Source: Gemmatimonadaceae bacterium (GTDB lineage Bacteria; Gemmatimonadota; Gemmatimonadetes; Gemmatimonadales; Gemmatimonadaceae). From it: a DNA stretch of 64,000 bases. The stretch lies in the NCBI GenBank assembly GCA_051859245.1, contig JBHYGA010000007.1:64001-128000 (forward strand), given 5' to 3'. The translations under genes were made by a program, and so were the position numbers. Each line of letters starts with the position of its first letter. Positions within the stretch are counted from its first letter, which is position 1. Shown here piece by piece: positions 28,366 to 37,987 of this stretch. The notes below the pieces were generated by a model. The model saw only the letters and a list, made by a program, of their open reading frames with translations. It was not told the origin of the DNA and ran no database searches.

Positions 28366-29628
28366 TCAGGGAGTGATGCTGCCAGATCGCCGGTTGCGCG
28401 GATCCGCCAAGGTGAGGGTATATGCACGCGCCACGATGTATCCGTCGTCGTCTTCTGTAAGGCGCCCAACCACGCCCGCACTCACTCGCACTGCGCGAAA
28501 CGGAAGTTGCAGACTCGCCAGACGAACGCCGAGCTGCGGGTCGATCACGTCAACGGTGCTGTGATGGCGTCGGTCTTGCACGGAAAGCGGAATCGTGCCT
28601 TCGCCTGGCGCTTCGTATTTCGCTCGATACTCTGTTTGCAGCGCGATGGTGTCGTAACTTGGCGCGGGAATCACGCGCGTGATCCACAGCAGGCCAGTGC
28701 GGTCGACGTCGAGCCATTGGTCGAGTCGAAGACCGCGCGTGCTTGGCATGTATGGTGTCGCGACCGAGCGTTTCTGTGTAGCTGCGGCCGCGATGTCATT
28801 CTCGTTCATGATCAAATCCGGTTCATCAGTGCTACGCACACCGAATAGTTTGCGAGCAACGCCGACCGAGTCATGCCATTCCAGGCGATTAGTGCCGCGT
28901 CCGAATGTCCAGAATCCGCTGCGTACGTCTGCCGTGACGCTCGACTCGATTCGCGGGTGGAAGTACACCTCCTTGCCTTCAACCAGCACTCCCATCTGCA
29001 CACTCGTGTTGAGCGGCGAGAAGATCGCCACGCTATCCTCGATCTGGCCATTCGCGTTGATTCGCAACACATACTTGGGCGGCTCGTCCTGGATGAACGG
29101 CACATAGCGTTGCGCGAGAAACCGTGTGGGATGCGATACGGTTGCCGCCGAGGGACGCACGCCGTCGATCACGGCACTGCGCACGAACTCTCCGTCAGGC
29201 GAATACACTAGCAAGACGCGATCTGCGCTGAACACATAGAGCGAGTCGCCGGCACCAGCAAACGTCGCACGCGTCATCACATACTCGCCTGGTCCGCGTC
29301 CCAGAGTGCCGATGCGTCGCACAAACGTACCGTTGCTGTCGTACTGCAGGATCGGCTGATTGACCCAATCGTGAAACAGCAGATAGTAAAAGCCGCGCGA
29401 ATCGCGCAGCAAGTCGGGCTCACGCAGCGGAATTACGGAATCAGTGGTGTTCCCAAAGCGAATCGAGTCGCTGATCGAGAGCGTGCACTCGGCGCAGCCA
29501 GATGCGAGCTCAATAATGGCCGTGTCGCGTTGCGCAACAACGTCAGCCGTGGCAGCGTTCGGCGATTCGGCGCAGGCGAGCAAGATGCTGCCAAGCAGCG
29601 CGGCGGAAATTCGGCGAGTGCGATGCAT
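28366..29628 (-). CDS. 6-bladed beta-propeller (NHL-like) lipoprotein
   Basis: LLAC lipobox, YDSNGTFVRRIGTLGRGPGEY, GDSLYVF, YSPDGEFVRS. Confidence 0.75.
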   Translation of the reverse strand: MHRTRRISAALLGSILLACAESPNAATADVVAQRDTAIIELASGCAECTLSISDSIRFGNTTDSVIPLREPDLLRDSRGFYYLLFHDWVNQPILQYDSNGTFVRRIGTLGRGPGEYVMTRATFAGAGDSLYVFSADRVLLVYSPDGEFVRSAVIDGVRPSAATVSHPTRFLAQRYVPFIQDEPPKYVLRINANGQIEDSVAIFSPLNTSVQMGVLVEGKEVYFHPRIESSVTADVRSGFWTFGRGTNRLEWHDSVGVARKLFGVRSTDEPDLIMNENDIAAAATQKRSVATPYMPSTRGLRLDQWLDVDRTGLLWITRVIPAPSYDTIALQTEYRAKYEAPGEGTIPLSVQDRRHHSTVDVIDPQLGVRLASLQLPFRAVRVSAGVVGRLTEDDDGYIVARAYTLTLADPRNRRSGSITP

Positions 29629-29709
29629 GACCGATCTTCGGGTCTGTACGGGAGTCGCGCAAGTATTGCTGCAACGCGTAGCCACGTGCGCTGACAGCGA
29701 GCTGAAGTG

Positions 29710-30144
29710 TTAGCGCAACTGCAGAGGGTTCGTAAACCGCAGCCCGCGAAACCGCGCAAAGTCACCGTCTGCCGAATACAGTTCCGCACCGTGTTCAATG
29801 GCGAGCGCGGCCAGGTGTGCGTCGGAACTCAGGTTGCCGGCTGTGCCCGATTCGGTGAGTAGTGCTCGCAGAATGTCCCAGTGACGATCGCCCGGTACGA
29901 CGAGCTCCACATTGGGATGCGCGAGCCATTCATGGATCATGGCCAACGCACGCTCCACCCCGAGCGGTCGGTCGAATACGCGGGCATTCGTGGTTAGCCG
30001 CAAGAAGCCGAGCACGACCGTCCATGACAGGCCGATCGTTTCATCACCGTCGAGACTGTCTTCGAGCCACGCTTTGGCTACGTCGTGCCGTGGCGCGTCG
30101 CGGTTGATGGCGTACAGCAGCAGGTTCAGGTCAACGACGCGCAC
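29710..30144 (-). CDS. vapC: VapC PIN-domain toxin
   Basis: VVDLNLLLYA, GFLRLTTN, GNLSSDAHLAALAIEHG..SADGDFARF; GTG start 30144 just after the antitoxin stop. Confidence 0.9.
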   Translation of the reverse strand: MRVVDLNLLLYAINRDAPRHDVAKAWLEDSLDGDETIGLSWTVVLGFLRLTTNARVFDRPLGVERALAMIHEWLAHPNVELVVPGDRHWDILRALLTESGTAGNLSSDAHLAALAIEHGAELYSADGDFARFRGLRFTNPLQLR

Positions 30145-30145
30145 G

Positions 30146-30406
30146 TTACTTTCGCAGCTGCAGGTCGCGCCGGTGCTCTTCGTCTTCGAGCGCGTCAGCG
30201 AGCTGCAGCGCGCGGTCCATATCCACGCGGGGTGCGCCGAGTGAAACCGTGTCGACCTGATAAGCAGCCCGCGGTTCGGCAACGCGTGCGGCGAGGCCAG
30301 CCCGAAGCGCCGTGTTCAGGAGCGCTTTCACGGTCGTGCCGCGGCGGACCGCTTCGAGGCGGAGCTGTTCGAGCAGAACGGGGTCGATATCAATGGTCGT
30401 CCTCAT
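30146..30406 (-). CDS. vapB: VapB antitoxin (ribbon-helix-helix)
   Basis: MRTTIDID..LL..LR..A...GTTVKALLN.ALR.GL; directly upstream of the PIN gene. Confidence 0.87.
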   Translation of the reverse strand: MRTTIDIDPVLLEQLRLEAVRRGTTVKALLNTALRAGLAARVAEPRAAYQVDTVSLGAPRVDMDRALQLADALEDEEHRRDLQLRK

Positions 30407-30410
30407 GAAA

Positions 30411-30448
30411 TGATGCTAACGCATCAATGGTATGATTGCAAGGCATCA
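30411..30448. promoter_or_regulatory. Probable VapB autoregulatory operators
   Basis: TGATGC-taac-GCATCA (30411-30426) and TGATTG-caag-GCATCA (30433-30448) immediately upstream of vapB. Confidence 0.7.
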
Positions 30449-30617
30449 CTCCTGCGCTCCTGAGGCCTCGTCTCCCTTACCGCCTCGGCTTGGCGCGCCT
30501 ACGTTTGCTGCCACGTGCTGCGCCCCGGTTGAAATATCGGGAAAAGAAGCCAGCGAGCATCACCATTTGAGCGCGGCTCCTGTCATTGCCACGCCGACCC
30601 GCCCCTTTGAACGCCAT

Positions 30618-31943
30618 ATGCGTCTCCAAAACCTGATCGCTTCCGCGGCTGCCGCGCTGCTCATCCTCGCCGCGCCGCCAACGATGGCCGCTCAGCCGTC
30701 CGCCGCCGCCGTGCTGCTCCGCGACATCGAATCACGGTTGCCTGGCGTGATGCCCAAAGTCGTGGCCTGGAGACGCGACATTCACGAACATCCCGAACTT
30801 GGCAACGAAGAGGTGCGCACCGCCGCGCTGGTCGCGGCGCATCTCACGTCGCTTGGGCTCGAGGTGCAAACGGGCGTTGGCAAAACCGGTGTGATTGGCA
30901 TTCTGCGCGGCGGCAGACCTGGTCCTGTGGTTGCGCTTCGTGCCGACATGGACGCGCTGCCCGTCACGGAACTTGTCGACCTGCCGTTTCGCAGCCGTGT
31001 GCGTACGCAGTGGCAGGGCGCCGAAGTTGGTGTGATGCACGCGTGTGGTCACGACAATCATGTTGCGATTCTCATGGGTGCCGCAGAAATACTCGTCGGC
31101 ATGAAGGCCACGTTGCCCGGTACCGTCAAGTTCATTTTTCAACCCGCTGAAGAAGGACTTGGTGGAGCGAAAGCCATGATTGCCGACGGTGCGTTACGTG
31201 CACCGGTACCGAATGCCGTTTTTGGCATGCACGTGTGGCCAACCGCGGTTGGTTCAATTGGTGTGCGGGCCGGCCCGCAAATGGCGTCGGCGGGCAACTT
31301 CTCCATCATCGTGAAGGGACTGCAGACCCATGGTTCGCAGCCGTGGTCGGGTGTGGATCCTGTTGTGGTGTCGGCGCAGATCATTCTGGGTTTGCAGACG
31401 ATTGCGAGTCGACAAGTGAACGTGGCGTACTTGCCGAGTGTGTTGACGGTGGGATCGATTCACGGCGGCAATCGCAGCAACATCATTCCCGACAGTGTGG
31501 TGCTCGTGGGTACACTGCGCACCTTTGACGACGCCATGCGCAGCGATATCGCGGCGCGCATCACGCGCACAGCCAAGGATATTGCAACGTCTGCGGGTGC
31601 GACGGCCATTGTGCAGATTGATGCGGGCGGACTCGTGCAAGCGAACGACACCTCGCTCACCGAGCGCATGCTGCCAACGCTGAAGCGGTCTGCGGGTGCA
31701 GGCGGATTTCAGTTGATCAATCCCATCATGGCTTCCGAAGACTTTCCGGAGTTTACGCGCGACATTCCGGGTGTGTTCTTCTTTCTTGGCGTGACGCCAA
31801 AGGGGCAGGATCCCGCGAAAGCGCCGGCCAATCACTCGCCGTTGTTCTTTGCCGACGAAGCCGCCTTGGAAACGGGCGTGCGTGCAATGTCGGCGTTGGC
31901 GACCGACTATCTCAGCGCAACAGGTAGTGTAAGCGGTAGGTGA
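30618..31943 (+). CDS. M20 family amidohydrolase (exported)
   Basis: RRDIHEHPELG, ALRADMDALP, MHACGHD, FQPAEEG, GMHV, ASEDF, NHSP; signal peptide. Confidence 0.92.
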   Translation: MRLQNLIASAAAALLILAAPPTMAAQPSAAAVLLRDIESRLPGVMPKVVAWRRDIHEHPELGNEEVRTAALVAAHLTSLGLEVQTGVGKTGVIGILRGGRPGPVVALRADMDALPVTELVDLPFRSRVRTQWQGAEVGVMHACGHDNHVAILMGAAEILVGMKATLPGTVKFIFQPAEEGLGGAKAMIADGALRAPVPNAVFGMHVWPTAVGSIGVRAGPQMASAGNFSIIVKGLQTHGSQPWSGVDPVVVSAQIILGLQTIASRQVNVAYLPSVLTVGSIHGGNRSNIIPDSVVLVGTLRTFDDAMRSDIAARITRTAKDIATSAGATAIVQIDAGGLVQANDTSLTERMLPTLKRSAGAGGFQLINPIMASEDFPEFTRDIPGVFFFLGVTPKGQDPAKAPANHSPLFFADEAALETGVRAMSALATDYLSATGSVSGR

Positions 31944-31990
31944 ACCGGTGTAGCGAACGTTGACGGCAACCGACTCCCTTACCAGACATT

Positions 31991-33904
31991 ATGTGCGGCA
32001 TCAGCGGTATCGTAACGCGCGACGTGCAACAGCCTGTAGATCGCGTGCTGCTGGAACACATGACCGACCTGCTCGAGCATCGCGGCCCTGACGGTCGCGG
32101 CTTTCATGTTGCGCCCGGTGTGGGGCTCGGCATACGCCGACTCAGCATTGTTGATCTTGAGACCGGCGACCAGCCGATCAGCAATGAGACGGGCACCGTA
32201 CATCTCGTGTGCAACGGCGAGATTTACAATGCACCCGAGTTGCGACAGGAGCTGCTCGCGCGCGGTCACACGCTCCGCGGACACTCCGACGTGGAAGTGA
32301 TCGTGCACTTGTACGAGGAGCTCGGCCTCGGATTCCTGTCTCGATTGCGCGGCATGTTCGCCTTGGCGTTGTGGGACCACGCTGCGCGCACACTGCATCT
32401 GGCACGCGATCGCTTCGGCATGAAGCCGCTCTACTACGGGCAGGCGTCAAACGGCTCGCTGGTGTTTGGTTCGGAAATCAAGTCAGTGCTCGCATCAGGT
32501 GTGTTGCCACGCGCGCTCGATCCGGCGGGCTTGAGCGACATTCTCGCAATTGGCGGACCGATGTTCACGCGCAGTGCGTTTCGCGGCGTGCATCAGCTCG
32601 AAGCGAGTCATTCGCTGTCCTTTCACGCGGGACATATCACCACGACAAGGTATTGGGATCTGGACTTCAGTCGCGCGGCGCCGAGTGCGTTGCCGCGGTC
32701 TGAGGGTGAGTGGGCAGAAGCGATCGCAGCCAAGTTGCGCGAGTCGGTGCACATCCATTTGCGCGGTGACGTGCCGGTGGCGGCGTATTTGAGTCCCGGT
32801 ATCGACTCCAGTATCGTCACCCGCTTTGCGACTGACGAGATGACTGGTGTGATGCGTACGTTTTCGCTTGGCTTTACCGATCCGGCGTATGACGAACTGC
32901 GCACGCAACGCACACTCGATGCGTTTCCCGGTCAGCGTCTTTCGGGCGACCGCGTTGCGTATCACGGCACATTGCTGGACCATCTCCCGGCCGCGATCTG
33001 GCACGAAGAGCAGCCGGTCACGTTGCAGTACTCTTGGCAGGCACTCGGTGCGGCCATGAAGGGTGAATACAAGGTTGCGCTCACGGGTCAGGGGTCTGAC
33101 GAAATGTTCGGCGGTTATCCGTGGCATCAGGTAGATCACAAGTTGAGGCACTTGTATGCGTTGCCGGGGCCAGTGCGTCGTGCCATGGCCAGGCATCTTC
33201 CGCGTATTTCGGGCAAGGCGAGGCGCGCACTCGCGGCGGATCCGGTCATGACCATCAAGCGCTACTTTGCGCTCAGGAGTCCGCACTGGAATTCGCTCAT
33301 GCCGCTGTTTCAACCGGCGTTGCGTGAGGAGATCGAACGCTCACAGCTCGAGCTGACGCTTCCGGGTGTGCCGGACGGATTCGAGCGTTGGGATCGCTTT
33401 CAGCGGTTCATTTACATCGAACAGCGCACGCGACTGCCGAGCTACATCAATCGCGGGCTCGACGCCTCAAGCATGGCACAGTCGATCGAACCACGATTGC
33501 CGTTTCTCGATCACGAGTTTGTGGAGTTGTGCTTGCACATTCCTCCGGCGCTACGGTATCGGCGCATGGAGAAACACATGCTTCGGCGCGCGGCAGAGCC
33601 CTTTCTTCCAGCAGAGATTGTGTGGCGGAAAAAGCGTGGACTGCAATCGCCGAGTGCTTCGTGGAGCGCAGAGCGTGGCACACCGCCGGCATTCGCACAG
33701 GAGTTGTTATCCGATGAGGTGGTGCGCGCAAAGGGCTACTTCCGTGCGGATGCGGTACGCGCGCTGCGCGACAAGCAGCCGCGCATTGGCGGGGCGCTCT
33801 CAGCCGTGCTGGGGTTTCATTTACTCGACGAGATGTTCGTGCAAGGGCGCGGGCAAATCGTGGAAGCGGTTAGCGAACGCTTCAGCTTCGGCACACTACG
33901 TTAA
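31991..33904 (+). CDS. asnB: Asparagine synthase (glutamine-hydrolysing) family amidotransferase
   Basis: MCGISG, HRGPD, RRLSIVD, NGEIYN, ARDRFGMKPLY, YLSPGIDSS, ALTGQGSDEMFGGY, RLPFLD. Confidence 0.9.
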   Translation: MCGISGIVTRDVQQPVDRVLLEHMTDLLEHRGPDGRGFHVAPGVGLGIRRLSIVDLETGDQPISNETGTVHLVCNGEIYNAPELRQELLARGHTLRGHSDVEVIVHLYEELGLGFLSRLRGMFALALWDHAARTLHLARDRFGMKPLYYGQASNGSLVFGSEIKSVLASGVLPRALDPAGLSDILAIGGPMFTRSAFRGVHQLEASHSLSFHAGHITTTRYWDLDFSRAAPSALPRSEGEWAEAIAAKLRESVHIHLRGDVPVAAYLSPGIDSSIVTRFATDEMTGVMRTFSLGFTDPAYDELRTQRTLDAFPGQRLSGDRVAYHGTLLDHLPAAIWHEEQPVTLQYSWQALGAAMKGEYKVALTGQGSDEMFGGYPWHQVDHKLRHLYALPGPVRRAMARHLPRISGKARRALAADPVMTIKRYFALRSPHWNSLMPLFQPALREEIERSQLELTLPGVPDGFERWDRFQRFIYIEQRTRLPSYINRGLDASSMAQSIEPRLPFLDHEFVELCLHIPPALRYRRMEKHMLRRAAEPFLPAEIVWRKKRGLQSPSASWSAERGTPPAFAQELLSDEVVRAKGYFRADAVRALRDKQPRIGGALSAVLGFHLLDEMFVQGRGQIVEAVSERFSFGTLR

Positions 33905-34235
33905 CTGTCACGCGCGTTGACGAGCGATCAAGGCGCACCGGACTACCCGACATAGTTTGCGCGCGAAACGCCCACGGCCGCCCGCCTACGCGAGGCGGCA
34001 GCGCGAGCTCAGCGCGTGAACTGACTGTACCCAGCGACATGCCGGCGCCGCCCACGATCAAGACTTCAACCGGTGCGCCGGAATTGTTCTGAACGACTAC
34101 GGCTTCCGTACCGGCGCATGGCCCAGGCGTCGCGGCGGCTTTGGGCGTGCTCGCGCACGCGGTGAGTCCGAGTAGTACGGCAACGCTGGTGAGCGTGTTG
34201 TACGGCCAGCGGCGAGGGCTGCGGGTGGTCGACAT
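33882..34235 (-). CDS. Small hypothetical lipoprotein
   Basis: LLGLTAC lipobox followed by a short beta-rich domain; 23 bp convergent overlap with asnB. Confidence 0.65.
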   Translation of the reverse strand: MSTTRSPRRWPYNTLTSVAVLLGLTACASTPKAAATPGPCAGTEAVVVQNNSGAPVEVLIVGGAGMSLGTVSSRAELALPPRVGGRPWAFRAQTMSGSPVRLDRSSTRVTVNVVCRS

Positions 34236-34423
34236 GGTGACGGCAGGAAGAGGTGGGGTATAGCGCAGCGGGGCACATGCTTCCGCGACCGACGCTGTGC
34301 TTTACCCCGCTGGCGACCAAGGGTTCTGGCTGTAGGTTTCACGCCACCTCCTACCCTGCTTATGTCGAACGCGACAATCGTGCACACCTTTCAACCAGCG
34401 CCCACCGCGTCCTCGTGGTGCCA

Positions 34424-35071
34424 GTGACCACCGCCATCGTGCTCGGCGCGTCAGGGCTTGTTGGGTCTGAGCTCGTCAAGCTGCTGCGTGCGTCACCGCA
34501 CTATCGCCACGTGTTGCTGCTCAGCAGGCGCTCCTCGGCGGCAACGAACGACAAAGTGGTGGAGCGCATCATCGATTTTGACGCGCCGGATCTTTCCGGG
34601 ATCACCGAGGGACATGTGTTCTGCGCCCTTGGCACCACATTGCGACAAGCCGGATCAGAAGCGGCGCAGTTTCGCATTGACTGTGAGTATCCGACCGCGA
34701 TTGCCACCCAACTCAGGGCGCAGGGTGTGCAGCGCATGATTCTCGTGTCATCGGTTGGTGCGAGTGCAACAGCCGGAAACTTCTACTTACGCACGAAGGG
34801 GCAGCTGGAAGACAACATCATGGCGCTGGGATTTGAGAGCACGTCGATTCTCCGACCGTCGTTGCTGGTGGGGCCGCGCAAAGAGTTTCGCGCGGGTGAG
34901 AGAGCTGCGTCACTGCTCATGACAGTGGCGAATCCGTTTCTGCTCGGCTCGCTACGCAAGTATCACAGCGTTGATGCGCGTATGGTTGCGGCGAGTATGG
35001 TGAGGTTGGCGGAAGCGGGGGCGGCGGGCGTGCGAATTGTTGAGTATGAGGGAATGCGCGAGTTGGTGTGA
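34424..35071 (+). CDS. NAD(P)-binding oxidoreductase (YraR/TIP30-like atypical SDR)
   Basis: IVLGASGLVG, FCALGTT, VSSVGA..NFYLRTKG, RPSLL.G.R.EFR.GE; GTG start inferred. Confidence 0.85.
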   Translation: MTTAIVLGASGLVGSELVKLLRASPHYRHVLLLSRRSSAATNDKVVERIIDFDAPDLSGITEGHVFCALGTTLRQAGSEAAQFRIDCEYPTAIATQLRAQGVQRMILVSSVGASATAGNFYLRTKGQLEDNIMALGFESTSILRPSLLVGPRKEFRAGERAASLLMTVANPFLLGSLRKYHSVDARMVAASMVRLAEAGAAGVRIVEYEGMRELV

Positions 35072-35223
35072 TCGCTGACTGCAGCGTCCACGCTGGAGTA
35101 ATCGCGTACTCCGCAGCACGCCATACATCCAAAGTCAGATGCGAAGCGCTGTCTCCTTTGCCAGAGTGCAGCGCGCACTTCGGCGCACAAGCAACCGTTG
35201 CAGACTGGCCGAGGAGATTTCAC

Positions 35224-35379
35224 ATGTCGTTACAGCTACGACTCGAGGCAGACGAATCGCTGGCATACACCAAAGTGGGGAGCGTGCCGGCGGTGGTGCT
35301 CGTCCACGGCATTAGTCGTCGCTTCTTTTCTCGACCGTTGAGCCGCACACGCTCAATCATGCTCGATATTACGGAGTGA
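35224..35379 (+). pseudogene. N-terminal remnant of an alpha/beta hydrolase
   Basis: GAGGAG RBS + ATG, then LAYTKVGSVPAVVLVHGI followed by unrelated sequence and an early stop. Confidence 0.55.
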
Positions 35380-35382
35380 ACC

Positions 35383-35970
35383 ATGAGCACGTCTGAGCGA
35401 CACGCAAATATCTATGCCAATGCCGTAACAGGGGCCACGCCGAACCCGTTAATGCCAACGCCAGACGCGATTGATGAGGCGTTCGCGGACGGTGCAAACC
35501 GGGTGCTGTCCAATGCCGTAGAGCTGGCACGCGACCTTATCGGCGCGCACCAGGGAGCGGCTGCGGTCATGGTGAATCGTGATTGGGGTACGATCAGAAA
35601 ATTCTTTTCACTGTCAGCCAAATACGCTGCGTGGTCCGAGTACTCAACGCCGGCGACGGGAGTGGGCACCCACGCCTGGCTCATGGAGCAAACGGCGTGC
35701 GTGCGGTTCACGCAGGCTGAGCTTGAACAGCATCCCCATTGGCTGAACTTCGGTACGGAAGCGGGCAAGCATCCACCGATGCGTGGGTGGCTTGCGGTAC
35801 CGATTCGCGATCGCGCCGGAATCACCTGGGGATTGCTGCAGCTATCCGACCGCTACGAGGGAGATTTCACCGAGGACGACGAACAAAGATTTACTGCCTT
35901 CGCTGCACTGGTGGCGGAAGCACTCGAAGCATTGTGGGAGCTGCGAAACCTGCGGAAGCAGACAACGTGA
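35383..35970 (+). CDS. Stand-alone GAF domain protein
   Basis: ELARDLIGAHQGA...HPPMRGWLAVPI...GLLQLSD...DFTEDDE; no output domain. Confidence 0.82.
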   Translation: MSTSERHANIYANAVTGATPNPLMPTPDAIDEAFADGANRVLSNAVELARDLIGAHQGAAAVMVNRDWGTIRKFFSLSAKYAAWSEYSTPATGVGTHAWLMEQTACVRFTQAELEQHPHWLNFGTEAGKHPPMRGWLAVPIRDRAGITWGLLQLSDRYEGDFTEDDEQRFTAFAALVAEALEALWELRNLRKQTT

Positions 35971-35994
35971 TTGTCACCGAGAGTAATGCGAGGA

Positions 35995-36720
35995 CTAGAG
36001 AGACACTTCTCTGGTCGTCCCCGCATGCAGATCCGTCAGCAGCACGCGACGCGTTACCGAAAACGAGCCCATGTCAGCGTCGCCATTGATCAGAATGCCA
36101 CCAAAGCGCAGCAGCCAGCGCGATGGGAACCTGGTGCGTTCCACCAACAGATCGACGCGTGCGGCGATGGCTTCGCCGATGACCTCTGTGGCTTCCTTGA
36201 GCGGTTCGGTCGAGTTCAAAACACGTGCTGCCGACTGCAACAGCAGTTGCTCAATTGTTGCTTGCTGGTAATCGAGCTCCGACGGCGCTTCCTCGCGCAG
36301 CGACCCCGACTGCAGCTTGGCCAACGCCGCCCGCGCTGCGCCACAGCATCCCGATAGTGTCTGCTGCCCCGGTCGTCGGATCACACCAAGTGATCCGTCA
36401 CGCGACACACCGATGTGCGGTGCATGATAGATCACAATGCCACCGTCGTCGGGCACGTGGGCAGCAAAGGCAGCCATGCCCGTGAGTCCTGCATGCGGAA
36501 ATCCGTCCAGTCCGCCCAGGCGAAACGGTCCCAACATGACCTGGGCGCGCTTGGGGTATTCGAAGGCGTTGACATCATCACTGCAAATGGAATCGGCGAG
36601 CAACACGCGCTCCGCAGGCAACCCGCACTCGCGCTGCAACAGGTCCAGTACGTTGTGCACGGCGTCGTCGGTTGGAACGGCTGTCGGATAGTGTTGCCGA
36701 ACGGCGTCGAGAGCATTCAT
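35995..36720 (-). CDS. LCIB/LCIC-like (theta-type) carbonic anhydrase homologue
   Basis: ADSICSDD, LGGLDGFPHAGLTGMAAFAAHVP, APHIG, CCGA: the Cys-x-Asp / His / Cys pattern of the LCIB family. Confidence 0.78.
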   Translation of the reverse strand: MNALDAVRQHYPTAVPTDDAVHNVLDLLQRECGLPAERVLLADSICSDDVNAFEYPKRAQVMLGPFRLGGLDGFPHAGLTGMAAFAAHVPDDGGIVIYHAPHIGVSRDGSLGVIRRPGQQTLSGCCGAARAALAKLQSGSLREEAPSELDYQQATIEQLLLQSAARVLNSTEPLKEATEVIGEAIAARVDLLVERTRFPSRWLLRFGGILINGDADMGSFSVTRRVLLTDLHAGTTREVSL

Positions 36721-36771
36721 GTGGCGAACCCGCAGAAGTGAAAAGTGAACATCGGCCCTGCTACGTCTTGG

Positions 36772-37773
36772 TTACATGAGAACGTCATGAACGGGAGTCA
36801 GCGGCGGCGGAATGAGTTCTTCGCCGAGCATTTGTCGTAGATCGATTTCTATGGTGCGACTGAGCGCGGTAATGGGCACGTCATTCGCGCTTCCTTCAAA
36901 CGGGTTCTCGGTGCTTTCTCCCACCTTCTCCAGCGCCAGGAAGAGCCACGTGACCAGCACGCTGAACGGAATGGTGAGCCACACGCCACCGTGATCGAGC
37001 TTCCGAAATTCCTGCAGCATGCCAAAGGGCACGAGCCACACGAAGAGTCGGATAAACCAGTAGTTCAGCGTGGCGAACTGACGTGGATACGGAAAGTTCT
37101 TGATGCGTTCGCAGCGACCTTGCAGATCGAGCAGCTCGGCGATCTGTCTTGCGAGCGCCACGTGTTGGTACGTGTCAATCGCCGCTGCCGACGACAGCTG
37201 TTTCAATCGATCCGATTGTATTGACATGAGCGCCGTGGCGCGGTTTGCCTGCGACAAGACAAACGCAGCCTCCGCTTCACCGAGCAGGTTGGTTAGCGCC
37301 TGGGCGAGCGCACCGTCATGTTCCGACACGGTAAATCGCGTCTGCTGAAAGCGGCGATTGTCCGCACGATCAAAGTTTTCCCAGCTGCGGCGCTCGCGCA
37401 GTTGGTAACGAAGCGCGGTAAGCCACGCGACATGCCGATAGATCAATGTCTGCGGCGAATCGGTGATCGCTGGTTTGCGATAGTCCACCAGATCACGCGC
37501 CATGATCCCCCACGCGCGACTGGCATTGACAATGCCACCCCAGATTTGCCGAGCCTCCCACAGGCGCGCGTACGTCGCATTGTTGCGGAAACCCACCGTG
37601 AATGCAGACGCGGTACCCAGCATCGCCACAGGAACCCACGGTATCTCCACCCAGCTCCATCCGAGGCCAACCGAAAGAGCCATCGGGACAAACGCAACCA
37701 CCAGCATGTACAGCGACTCGTTCCTGGTCCACAGGAGCACATCACGCACGCGATAGAGGCGACCTGCATACAT
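36772..37773 (-). CDS. Bestrophin-family (YneE/UPF0187-like) anion channel
   Basis: GFRNNATYARLWEARQIWG, CERIKNFPYP, ENPF...NDVP; four TM segments. Confidence 0.88.
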   Translation of the reverse strand: MYAGRLYRVRDVLLWTRNESLYMLVVAFVPMALSVGLGWSWVEIPWVPVAMLGTASAFTVGFRNNATYARLWEARQIWGGIVNASRAWGIMARDLVDYRKPAITDSPQTLIYRHVAWLTALRYQLRERRSWENFDRADNRRFQQTRFTVSEHDGALAQALTNLLGEAEAAFVLSQANRATALMSIQSDRLKQLSSAAAIDTYQHVALARQIAELLDLQGRCERIKNFPYPRQFATLNYWFIRLFVWLVPFGMLQEFRKLDHGGVWLTIPFSVLVTWLFLALEKVGESTENPFEGSANDVPITALSRTIEIDLRQMLGEELIPPPLTPVHDVLM

Positions 37774-37987
37774 GAAGTGTCCCGGTCTGGTAAACACGCA
37801 ACTTCGCGACGCGCATAGTCTGCTCGCTCACGTGCATATGTGCGTCGCACCAGTGGACGGTGCGAACTATGACGTAGGTGATATGCGCCTATTTCTCACG
37901 CGCTGTATATCCAACGACAGACGCGCAATCGCTGATGTATCTGTATGCTCAGCGTGGTATCGCACCCGGTAATCACTCGAGGACGCC

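Noticed and set aside
31991..33904. Possible lasso peptide cyclase
   Set aside because: Glutaminase Cys2 intact, and no precursor, B1/RRE or B2 protease gene nearby
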